In this document: positions 1 through 7,474 of the stretch, piece by piece
Position numbering within the stretch: position 1 is the first letter of the stretch
Layout: each line of letters begins with the position of its first letter
Origin: a virus
Taxonomy: Duplodnaviria > Caudoviricetes
Virus record (IMG/VR): IMGVR_UViG_3300020413_000004
Location: 1 to 64,000 of that record
Length of the DNA stretch: 64,000 bases
Direction: 5' to 3' (one strand)
The notes under the pieces: generated by a model
Seen by the model: only the letters and a program-made list of their open reading frames with translations
The model's database searches: none
What the model was told of the DNA's origin: nothing
Made by a program: the position numbers and the translations under genes

Positions 1-148
1 GTATTTATTGTTCTAGGGTTGAAAGTATTTGAACTATGCCTCTCGGCACCGTCCTCGAAAAAATTTTTTTACACAGTAGATTCCCTATAAATTATCCAAT
101 TCTGGTTCATTCTGCCACACCGGCCCCCCACGATTGGTGGGATATTTT

Positions 149-307
149 CGGTACTTTTTGGTAATTTTTTCTCTTGACAGCCCCTAAATAGTGTGTTATA
201 ATGAACAAAAAATCAAAATTTTTGAAGTACTGTTTCGGTACTTTTTGGTTTCTTTTGGATCCCCTATTACGGTGCTTTTTGGTTCGGTACTTTTTGGTGC
301 TTTTTGG
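149..307 (+). repeat. five copies of (C)GGTRCTTTTTGG(T)
   Basis: Copies at 149-162, 236-249, 270-283, 285-298 and 296-307, all in the same orientation, in non-coding DNA. Confidence 0.8.
174..202 (+). promoter_or_regulatory. consensus sigma70 promoter
   Basis: TTGACA(174-179)-N17-TATAAT(197-202). Confidence 0.75.
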
Positions 308-596
308 GCCCCTGCGGGAGCTCTTTCGGTTCTGGACTTATTGTGTGTTACGGTTAGGAGGGGTTCTGCGGAGGCCTTAGCGACAGCCAGGACTGCTGTG
401 GAGAAACCGGCACATGCCAAACGGTGCTCGGTTGCGGACACTACAGCGCCTCGCACACCGTTCTCCCACTGTTCGTCCTCCCCGTGTTTCACTCCGTGTC
501 GTCCGCCTCGTTAAGTCATTGTTTCTACTACATAAAAAAACTTGAAAAAAGATGCTAAGTCATTGTTTTTGTTGGATTCTTTTTTGCATTTTTTGG

Positions 597-625
597 TTGC
601 AATACAAATAAAAATGTGCTATAAC
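597..625 (+). promoter_or_regulatory. early sigma70-type promoter
   Basis: TTGCAA-N17-TATAAC, with extended -10 TG, upstream of ORF 664. Confidence 0.65.
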
Positions 626-663
626 TTTAATATAATAAAATTTTAACTAGCATGAGGGCAAAT

Positions 664-1266
664 ATGCAATACAATAAAACACTTGTAAAACTAGCAAAAA
701 CATTTTTAGCAAACGAAAACGTTGAAGTTTACTTTGACGAAGCACGTACTGAATTTAGTATTTGCGTGGACGTAAACAACAACAGAATATGGACTGACGG
801 TAACAGAGGTTTATGGAGTACGGTTGCAAAAGGTGTAAAGGTAAGACACGCGAACTTTTTAGTTAGCTATGATGATGGGGACAACACATGGAGTGGTGGA
901 CTTGCGGGTACTGTACACTATGACGGTAGTGGTGAAGATGGTACATGGTTTGATGGTGGAGACGTGGAGACTGCACTTATAAACAAAACAAAGGACAAAG
1001 AAAGCGACGGTATGATTTATACGGACACAGCTTTTTTAAATAACTTGTTTAAGTACATGGTGAAGCATTGTGATTTTGATATGGACTTACAAGAATACTT
1101 AGATTTTGATTATAGCGAACAAGGTATGCAAGACGACGAATATGTAAACTTAGACGTAGACTTAGACGGAACGTTTTGGTTATATGTTATTGATGAAATG
1201 AAAAAGGAGGGTATAGCACACAGAATGATTGGTGAAGATGATTTAATTGTTGAGGTTGTGAAATAA
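664..1266 (+). CDS. acidic early hypothetical protein
   Basis: ORF 652..1266; ATG at 664 follows GAGGGC; D/E-rich. Confidence 0.8.
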   Translation: MQYNKTLVKLAKTFLANENVEVYFDEARTEFSICVDVNNNRIWTDGNRGLWSTVAKGVKVRHANFLVSYDDGDNTWSGGLAGTVHYDGSGEDGTWFDGGDVETALINKTKDKESDGMIYTDTAFLNNLFKYMVKHCDFDMDLQEYLDFDYSEQGMQDDEYVNLDVDLDGTFWLYVIDEMKKEGIAHRMIGEDDLIVEVVK

Positions 1267-1279
1267 AATAAAAAAAAGG

Positions 1280-1310
1280 TTGCATACTAGCATAAAATGT
1301 GCTAGTATGC
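1280..1310 (+). promoter_or_regulatory. promoter TTGCAT-N17-TAGTAT lying inside an 11-bp inverted repeat (possible terminator/promoter)
   Basis: GCATACTAGCA(1282-1292)...TGCTAGTATGC(1300-1310), followed by TTTT. Confidence 0.6.
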
Positions 1311-1341
1311 TTTTATAATAAAAATTTACGCAGAGGGCAAT

Positions 1342-1479
1342 ATGCAAAAATTACTGAACATGATAACAATTTATTTTTTAAACAGGGCGTATGTGCAGAT
1401 GGAGGCTACAGGCAACTTGCAAAATGCTGATGACGTGGCTGAGCACTTGGAAGATTATTATACATATTTTGTAAAATAA
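1342..1479 (+). CDS. 45-aa early hypothetical protein (not in ORF track)
   Basis: GAGGGCAAT-ATG; MQKLLNMITIYFLNRAYVQMEATGNLQNADDVAEHLEDYYTYFVK*; has its own promoter. Confidence 0.65.
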   Translation: MQKLLNMITIYFLNRAYVQMEATGNLQNADDVAEHLEDYYTYFVK

Positions 1480-1492
1480 ATTTAAAAAAGAC

Positions 1493-1521
1493 TTGACATA
1501 GTGTTTTTATTATGCTATGTT
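1493..1521 (+). promoter_or_regulatory. early sigma70-type promoter
   Basis: TTGACA-N17-TATGTT. Confidence 0.6.
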
Positions 1522-1555
1522 AAGGTATAATAAAAATTAACAGAAGGGCAAATAC

Positions 1556-1753
1556 ATGGGAATGAGTAATTATATTTTAGACTTACAGGAACAGTTTGAT
1601 GAGAAGGTTGAACTTGCTGTTAAGGAAAGCGAACACGTGGCAGAAGCGATGGCGGTTGCTGTGAAGCATAGGCACTTGGTTGAAATGACTGATGAGGAGA
1701 TTGAGGACTATGTGGGAGAAGCTTGGAACGAGATATGGAGCAATTACTTATGA
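1556..1753 (+). CDS. small acidic early protein
   Basis: ORF with AAGGGC RBS. Confidence 0.7.
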   Translation: MGMSNYILDLQEQFDEKVELAVKESEHVAEAMAVAVKHRHLVEMTDEEIEDYVGEAWNEIWSNYL

Positions 1754-1914
1754 GACTAGAAGCGGCGAGGCTGTTTGTAATAATAACGGCAGATGAAGAG
1801 GTTAGTGTAACGGCAATGGATTTTGCGGATGCAATGACAACATGGGCAGGCAACTTTGAAGACGTGCTGATGGTGGAGGAGCACGACAACTGGCAGGGCG
1901 AAACATTACATTAA
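1750..1914 (+). CDS. small early protein
   Basis: ATGA overlap with the previous stop; start trimmed from 1723. Confidence 0.6.
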   Translation: MRLEAARLFVIITADEEVSVTAMDFADAMTTWAGNFEDVLMVEEHDNWQGETLH

Positions 1915-2001
1915 AAAAGATGAAAAAAAGATTTCCAATAAAATCAAGAGGTTACACGGAATCCCCAGCTAAGTCATTGAAATCATTGAGAATCTTTTTT
2001 C

Positions 2002-2042
2002 TTGACATTACGAATAAACGATCATATACTGTATATAACAGT
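2002..2042 (+). promoter_or_regulatory. early promoter with palindrome ACTGT-ATATA-ACAGT
   Basis: TTGACA-N17-TATACT; palindrome at 2028-2042. Confidence 0.75.
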
Positions 2043-2073
2043 TAAGCAATAACGCCAACAAATGGAGGGTCCA

Positions 2074-2388
2074 ATGGCAACATCAAAAACTTTTTCCGTA
2101 GCAGGAACAAGCAAATTAAACGGCATCACAAAGATCCGTTTCGCAAACGACTTCGTCAGCAGAGTTAAGATACTGGCGAAGAACAGGCACGATGACATCA
2201 ACCTCATCGAGCTAGGTGGAGAGTTCAGCAAGGCAGAAGTATGCCAGGTGCTGGTAGCCCACCCAGGTTTCCAATCAGAAGAGGCGCAGTCAGCCATCCA
2301 CGAGTATGTGGTTAGGAATGCTCCGGAGATCATGAAAGAGATCGAGGAGAAGATGGACGCCCAGTTGGAGGCCGTCACCCAGGCCTAG
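2074..2388 (+). CDS. early hypothetical protein
   Basis: ORF 2062..2388; ATG at 2074 after GGAGGGT. Confidence 0.8.
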   Translation: MATSKTFSVAGTSKLNGITKIRFANDFVSRVKILAKNRHDDINLIELGGEFSKAEVCQVLVAHPGFQSEEAQSAIHEYVVRNAPEIMKEIEEKMDAQLEAVTQA

Positions 2389-2401
2389 CCAGGGAACCCG
2401 C

Positions 2402-2450
2402 GGTCCCATTGGGACCATGTGGGGGCGGCGATATGGTCGCCCCCAAATTT
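2402..2450 (+). terminator. tandem GC hairpins, likely terminator or processing site
   Basis: GGTCCC-ATT-GGGACC, then GGGGGCGGC...GTCGCCCCC; weak U-tract. Confidence 0.45.
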
Positions 2451-2477
2451 AAAATTCAATTATTTCAGATAGGGCTT

Positions 2478-2738
2478 ATGGATAATGGAAAAGACAGTTT
2501 TTGTAGCAAGAATCATTCGAAGCAAAAGAGGGCTTCATTCACTTCACAATTCACGCAACCTATCACCGATCATCCCAAGAGAAGGGAAACGGTCACTGAG
2601 TATCTCGCAAGAGGCGGAACCATTACAGCTCAGCCTGCCGTTCGGACCATTACCTGGCGTGAAGCTCAAGACCTACTAGAGAAGTTGGCGTGGCATAATT
2701 ATGTTCCGCCAAAACCGGTTGACAATGAGGAAGAATGA
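2478..2738 (+). CDS. early hypothetical protein
   Basis: ORF 2409..2738; ATG at 2478 after AGGGC; contains YLARGGTIT. Confidence 0.6.
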   Translation: MDNGKDSFCSKNHSKQKRASFTSQFTQPITDHPKRRETVTEYLARGGTITAQPAVRTITWREAQDLLEKLAWHNYVPPKPVDNEEE

Positions 2739-2747
2739 GAATATACT
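2719..2747 (+). promoter_or_regulatory. early promoter
   Basis: TTGACA-N17-TATACT. Confidence 0.7.
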
Positions 2748-2770
2748 GTAAGAATAATAAGGAGGGCAAT

Positions 2771-2953
2771 ATGAGGACAATCGTAGCAAGTTTTTTTATA
2801 ATGTTTGGTCTGGTGCTTATGGCAGGCAGTGGAGGCGACTGTGACGGGAAGTGCATGGAATATGCGAACACCCTAGGCGAAACAATGTTATATGGATTCA
2901 TCGGGCTGATGAGTTTTATAATGGGAGCAATTTTAATAGGAGGGAGAGCTTAA
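2771..2953 (+). CDS. small two-TM membrane protein
   Basis: GGAGGGC RBS; two hydrophobic segments flanking CDGKC. Confidence 0.7.
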   Translation: MRTIVASFFIMFGLVLMAGSGGDCDGKCMEYANTLGETMLYGFIGLMSFIMGAILIGGRA

Positions 2954-3150
2954 TGAGAAAGTATATAATGATCGGTACCAAGGTGGTAACCAGACATGGC
3001 GAAGCAAAGGTCACAGGTATTGAGCTGACCAGCAACGGCGACAAGTACGGTATTGACATGGACAAGGTGTTTGTCGAGGACAAGGACAGATGCGTGTTCG
3101 ATATGGATAACGGCCATTGGTCATATGGCTATCAAGTGGAGGTGCGATAA
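2953..3150 (+). CDS. small early protein (beta-rich)
   Basis: TAATG overlap; start trimmed from 2851. Confidence 0.65.
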   Translation: MRKYIMIGTKVVTRHGEAKVTGIELTSNGDKYGIDMDKVFVEDKDRCVFDMDNGHWSYGYQVEVR

Positions 3151-3317
3151 TGTATATGAGGATGGAACCCAATGCTAGGGATAAGGCCCTAGAACTAGTA
3201 GAAGAAGGCATGGTCTCAGCTGAGGACATGTTGACAATGGCTCTCAAGTATATGTCTACAGATGACGTAGATGATATGCTAGACTGTAATGAATTATCTG
3301 AAAGATTTCTTGATTAA
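3150..3317 (+). CDS. small acidic early protein
   Basis: TAATG overlap; GGAGGT RBS. Confidence 0.7.
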   Translation: MYMRMEPNARDKALELVEEGMVSAEDMLTMALKYMSTDDVDDMLDCNELSERFLD

Positions 3318-3331
3318 TTTGCCAAAAAAGG

Positions 3332-3372
3332 TTGACTTCTATATCAACTGAGAATATACTGTATATAACAGT
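3332..3372 (+). promoter_or_regulatory. early promoter with palindrome ACTGT-ATATA-ACAGT
   Basis: TTGACT-N17-TATACT; palindrome at 3358-3372. Confidence 0.75.
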
Positions 3373-3401
3373 TAGGGCAATAACAACAGAAAGAGGGCAA
3401 T

Positions 3402-3764
3402 ATGTTTATAGTTTCAACTCAGGTTTTAGAAAACTACGGCGCACACTCAGAGGACGGAAAGTTCTCCAGTGGTAATCATTACTGGAAGTTCAAGGTTGGG
3501 TCAGAGTACCTAGTCGAGGACTTGGACAGGGAGCAGGATGCAATGGCATTCATAGCCGCCCTGTGCATGGAGAACGGCGTGGGCTTTAAGGAGTATCCAT
3601 GTCATATCCAGACTGTAACGGAGTGGGCGAAAGACTTGCCCGACGATGCAGGTGAGATGCAGAGCTGTAGGGACTATTACCTCAGCAGGGTGATCCGAGT
3701 GTCACCTCATGCTCCGAAGGACTTCTCCAAGCGAGGGGTTACCGAAGAGGAGGTGATGATATGA
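3402..3764 (+). CDS. early hypothetical protein (ENYGAH...YWKFK motif)
   Basis: GAGGGC RBS; ORF track. Confidence 0.8.
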   Translation: MFIVSTQVLENYGAHSEDGKFSSGNHYWKFKVGSEYLVEDLDREQDAMAFIAALCMENGVGFKEYPCHIQTVTEWAKDLPDDAGEMQSCRDYYLSRVIRVSPHAPKDFSKRGVTEEEVMI

Positions 3765-3943
3765 ACGTTCGCTTCGTAAACAATGGCTATGGTACCGATG
3801 ACGGTATCAAGGAGACCAAGGTGGTCAGAACTGATCTTTCAATTCACGGAGCACCGCAACTGATAATCGAAAACCCATGGTGGTCCGGTGACACACTGAC
3901 CTGTGATTGGATAGAAGGAGAATGGGTTTGCGATTTGGACTAA
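3761..3943 (+). CDS. small early protein
   Basis: GGAGGT RBS; overlaps the previous ORF. Confidence 0.65.
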   Translation: MNVRFVNNGYGTDDGIKETKVVRTDLSIHGAPQLIIENPWWSGDTLTCDWIEGEWVCDLD

Positions 3944-3960
3944 AATGGACACATAAGGGG

Positions 3961-4001
3961 TTGACCTTTATGCATAGTGAGACTATACTGTATATAACAG
4001 T
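3961..4001 (+). promoter_or_regulatory. early promoter with palindrome ACTGT-ATATA-ACAGT
   Basis: TTGACC-N17-TATACT; palindrome at 3987-4001. Confidence 0.75.
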
Positions 4002-4028
4002 TAACAATTAATCCAAGAGAGGGCATCT

Positions 4029-5033
4029 ATGGAAAACATTAAAATATTAGAAGGCACGTACAAGATCAGAGGCAAGGACCAGGACTTAGCAGGAATGGTG
4101 TTTCCACTGGTAGAAGGTTTCAAGATGGGAGCCGCAGGTGGTTACGTGACAGTAGACGGAAAGGCCATAGCAGGCTTTCCAGATCGTAACATCAAGATCA
4201 GAGTAAGCGATGCGAACTCGATCGAAGATGCTGGCAAAGCAAAGGTCACAGAGCGAGAGGAGAGCGACGAAGAAACAGTCGAAAGACTCCGTGAGCGATT
4301 CAACATGTTAGAGGACATGACCAAAGCATGTAAGAAAGGTGCAGTACGTGCAATGATCGTATCAGGACCTCCAGGTGTTGGTAAGAGCTTTGGTGTTGAG
4401 AAGGTGCTGGGTAAGCACGATATCATCGCTACACTGAGTGAGAAAGCGCCGCGATATGAAGTTGTCAAGGGTGCTATGTCAGCAATAGGCCTCTACTGTA
4501 AACTGTACAAGTTCGCAGACAAGGATAACGTTATAGTCTTTGATGACTGTGATAGTGTATTCGCAGATGAGCTTTGTCTGAACATACTGAAAGCCGCACT
4601 GGATTCCAAGAAGACCAGGCGTATACATTGGAACACGGACTCATTCAAGTTGAGAAACGAAGGTGTTCCAGACAGCTTTGAGTTCAAGGGTAGTGCAATA
4701 TTCATTACCAACATCAAGTTTGATAATGTCAAGAGCAAGAAGATGAGGGATCACCTAGAAGCTCTTGAGAGCAGATGTCACTACATTGATCTAACAATTG
4801 ATACTGAGCGAGAGAAGATGCTGAGAATCAAACAGATCACCAAGGACGGTATGCTCCATGAGTATCAGCTAGGCGATCAAGTCGAAGAAGACATCGTCGA
4901 CTATGTTGACATTAACAAGAAGAAGCTTAGGGAGCTGTCACTTAGGACAGTACTTAAGATCGCAGACTTAGCTAAGGCATTCCCAGATCGTTGGGAAGCA
5001 ATGGCCGAGAACACCGTGATGCGTCGAGCATAA
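4029..5033 (+). CDS. AAA+/P-loop ATPase
   Basis: Walker A GPPGVGKS; Walker B VIVFDD; sensor FITN; arginine finger ALESR. Confidence 0.85.
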   Translation: MENIKILEGTYKIRGKDQDLAGMVFPLVEGFKMGAAGGYVTVDGKAIAGFPDRNIKIRVSDANSIEDAGKAKVTEREESDEETVERLRERFNMLEDMTKACKKGAVRAMIVSGPPGVGKSFGVEKVLGKHDIIATLSEKAPRYEVVKGAMSAIGLYCKLYKFADKDNVIVFDDCDSVFADELCLNILKAALDSKKTRRIHWNTDSFKLRNEGVPDSFEFKGSAIFITNIKFDNVKSKKMRDHLEALESRCHYIDLTIDTEREKMLRIKQITKDGMLHEYQLGDQVEEDIVDYVDINKKKLRELSLRTVLKIADLAKAFPDRWEAMAENTVMRRA

Positions 5034-5144
5034 TCTTTGCCCTCACGCTCCGCATCCGGTAAGGAGTAGAAGCTTTCGCCCTCATTGCTCTACTCCGTAA
5101 GAGGAAGCCCAGGATCAAGCACAAAAGGTCCTGGGTTTCTTTTT
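5013..5144 (+). ncRNA. putative 3'UTR-derived sRNA with two GCCCUCA loops and an intrinsic terminator
   Basis: Hairpin 5013-5060 (loop contains TTTGCCCTCA); hairpin 5063-5096 (loop TTTCGCCCTCATT); terminator 5104-5144. Confidence 0.55.
5104..5144 (+). terminator. Rho-independent terminator
   Basis: GAAGCCCAGGATC...GGTCCTGGGTTTC plus T tract. Confidence 0.8.
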
Positions 5145-5155
5145 GCCAAAAGAGG

Positions 5156-5184
5156 TTGACCATCTAGACAATAGACCTTATAAT
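5156..5184 (+). promoter_or_regulatory. early promoter
   Basis: TTGACC-N17-TATAAT. Confidence 0.7.
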
Positions 5185-5215
5185 CGTAAGTATAATAACA
5201 AAGCAAGAGGGTAAT

Positions 5216-5539
5216 ATGAAAATAGAAGTTATACACGCCGCGTTCGAAGAAACAGCACAGCACATGGCCAACGTTACAGCAGACGATAGAATGGGAGTTA
5301 TGGAAGCTCTTGAGTATGCTTATCGTTGGACCAACAATGTTATGGGAAGCTGGAGCAGAACAGACATTGAGAACAATGGCGATGAGAATACAGACGTTGA
5401 AGTTGTTAAGCCCGTAGGCACTATGGGACACAGATCAACATCCGTAGGAGACTACATGAGAGTAGACGGCAGTCTATATCGTGTAGCAATGGCAGGCTTT
5501 GAGTCTGCTGAATCAGTACAAACTCGTAATTCAATATAG
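5216..5539 (+). CDS. early hypothetical protein (RSTSVGD motif, YodL-like)
   Basis: GAGGGT RBS; GHRSTSVGDY motif. Confidence 0.75.
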   Translation: MKIEVIHAAFEETAQHMANVTADDRMGVMEALEYAYRWTNNVMGSWSRTDIENNGDENTDVEVVKPVGTMGHRSTSVGDYMRVDGSLYRVAMAGFESAESVQTRNSI

Positions 5540-5549
5540 GAGGGCATCA

Positions 5550-5870
5550 ATGCTTACACGAGAACTTCACAACAGAGCAACCACAGCCGCTGAACAGGCT
5601 ACTAACGATTACATCAAGGCACACGGGGACTTCGATACCTGTGGCTTTGCTTGGGTAACTGCTTATGTCAACGGCGCTTCCAAGCTGGGCAAGAGCTTTA
5701 AGGCACAGGGCTTTGACAAAGCATACGGCGGTGGCTGGCAGTTATGGAACCCGGGCAAGAGCTTTACGCAGAGCATCAATGCCAAGGAGGCAGGCTGTAA
5801 TGCTTACGTGGCTACTGTTAGAGCAGAGCTACCCGACGTAAAGATCTACAGCAACAGTAGAATGGATTAG
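5550..5870 (+). CDS. early hypothetical protein (CGFAWV motif)
   Basis: GGAGGGC RBS; ATG at 5550. Confidence 0.75.
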   Translation: MLTRELHNRATTAAEQATNDYIKAHGDFDTCGFAWVTAYVNGASKLGKSFKAQGFDKAYGGGWQLWNPGKSFTQSINAKEAGCNAYVATVRAELPDVKIYSNSRMD

Positions 5871-5890
5871 ATTCTACAGCAGAAAAAAAG

Positions 5891-5914
5891 AAAGGTCCTT
5901 CGGGGCCTTTTTTT
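5891..5914 (+). terminator. Rho-independent terminator closing the early region
   Basis: AAAGGTCC-TTCG-GGGCCTTTTTTT. Confidence 0.85.
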
Positions 5915-6110
5915 ATGAAAAAATTTTCTCGAGAAGAAATAAAATAAAAAAATTTCTCGAGGGGTGGTCGGGCTTAATACGCAACAATTACATGAGCTTA
6001 CATTAGCCTTAAGCCGAAGTAAAATCACCACCTCACTTCTGTAAGTACTTCACCTTAATTTTTTGTAATCTAATTTTTTACGCACAGAACCCATTTCACA
6101 TAACTACAGT

Positions 6111-6257
6111 ATGGACTACACAACAAACTTAATTAAAAACGGATCAGGTCTAGGAGTGTTAGAACAGTATGCAACAGTTCCCACCATGTTGGGCATTGTG
6201 TTTGGCATAGTGATCATATTGATACTGCTGGGCGTGTTTGATCCTCCTCGCAGTTAG
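6111..6257 (+). CDS. 48-aa single-TM protein (not in ORF track)
   Basis: MDYTTNLIKNGSGLGVLEQYATVPTMLGIVFGIVIILILLGVFDPPRS*; preceded by TAACTA-cagt. Confidence 0.55.
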   Translation: MDYTTNLIKNGSGLGVLEQYATVPTMLGIVFGIVIILILLGVFDPPRS

Positions 6258-6661
6258 AATCCTATATCATAATCCCACACTGAGTCTTTACCATGCACAC
6301 ATACTCTTATAAAGTTTGAAATGGTAGGAAAGTGTACACTCACAGTATTAAACAGCTCTGTATCCATGTGTGTATACGCACTCTGTCCTATGCTCATGTA
6401 GTAACTTCTATCTATACCGTAGTTAGGAAACACACCAGTTACAAATAGACATGTATCGCCCAGTTCCTTAGCAGTACGGCTATTGCGTATTGTCATTAAA
6501 CTTTCAGCAAATGAGCGTGTAGGTAGGAAACTGTTCTTGTCTACATGATCAGCCAATAGTGCTACCACATAGTGTTCTACCAGCATGGGCAGTTCAACAC
6601 CAGTTTCTGTTCTTGTGTTGCTTACCAGTTCAGTAAACGCAGTTACGTAAGCATCCTTCAT
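6254..6661 (-). CDS. hypothetical protein (KELGDTCLFVTGVFP...YY...GQSAY)
   Basis: ORF 6254..6799; likely ATG at 6661, 5 nt after TAAGTA. Confidence 0.7.
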   Translation of the reverse strand: MKDAYVTAFTELVSNTRTETGVELPMLVEHYVVALLADHVDKNSFLPTRSFAESLMTIRNSRTAKELGDTCLFVTGVFPNYGIDRSYYMSIGQSAYTHMDTELFNTVSVHFPTISNFIRVCVHGKDSVWDYDIGF

Positions 6662-6835
6662 ACAAGTACTTAGCCCCTCTACACAGTCAGGACCGTGTGC
6701 AACTGCGGTCAGTGTGCTATAATTACAGTATGACCCAAAGAGATCAACAATACCTATTGCGATGTTTTGAACGGCTACTTGAAGGTTCAACACTAGCACA
6801 CTTTGAAATTCTACGTGTTAGAGCCATACTGAACA

Positions 6836-7474
6836 ATGACTAACCCAGAACTGCAACACATATTTGCAACACCACTGTTTTCAACTACCATATCAGTGCC
6901 AGATTGGGACGCGAGTCTATATGAGTGGAAAGAGAACAAGCACAACAGGATCAGCACACAACAGTATGTGTTGGACATGCCAGAACTAGCCAGTCTGCGT
7001 AGAACCATAGATGCCAGTGTGCGAGTGTTTTGGAGAGACTTCATGTGTGCAACATGTGAAGCTGAACTGGCTATACAGCAGTCATGGGTGAATATAACAG
7101 ACACAGGTGCACATCATCATAGACATTGGCACACAAACTCAATGTACTCAGGTGTGCTGTTTTGGTGTGATCACTCAGCACCAATTACATTTATCAATCC
7201 AAGATATCCACAGTTGGACTTCACAGTGGGCACAACACATGAATCAAACTCAGGTGTATGGCAGGTAGAACCCAAGCTGGGCAAACTGTTGATATTTCCA
7301 TCATGGCTGGAACATCAGGTTGAAACAAACCATTCAGGAGGCGAACGCATCAGCCTTTCATTCAATACTTGGCCACAGGGACAGCTTACACCAGATCCAA
7401 CTAGAAGCCTTGATGTGTACACACGTACAGAACCACAGAAATTAACTGGCTGGCGAGATAGCAAAACAAAATAA
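6836..7474 (+). CDS. putative 2OG-Fe(II) oxygenase (TIGR02466-like)
   Basis: SWVN, HxHxNSMYSGV, LLIFPSWLEH and RISLSFN motifs. Confidence 0.85.
   Translation: MTNPELQHIFATPLFSTTISVPDWDASLYEWKENKHNRISTQQYVLDMPELASLRRTIDASVRVFWRDFMCATCEAELAIQQSWVNITDTGAHHHRHWHTNSMYSGVLFWCDHSAPITFINPRYPQLDFTVGTTHESNSGVWQVEPKLGKLLIFPSWLEHQVETNHSGGERISLSFNTWPQGQLTPDPTRSLDVYTRTEPQKLTGWRDSKTK

Noticed and set aside
149-307. Possible CRISPR array
   Set aside because: Repeats are only 12-14 bp, irregularly spaced and overlapping, and no cas genes are present
191-514. ORFs 191..514 (+) and 196..492 (-)
   Set aside because: No RBS; 191 starts inside the promoter; the translations simply reflect the DNA repeats
2028-2042. 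Canonical LexA SOS box
   Set aside because: The spacer is 5 nt, not the 8 nt of CTGT-N8-ACAG; kept only as an unknown operator
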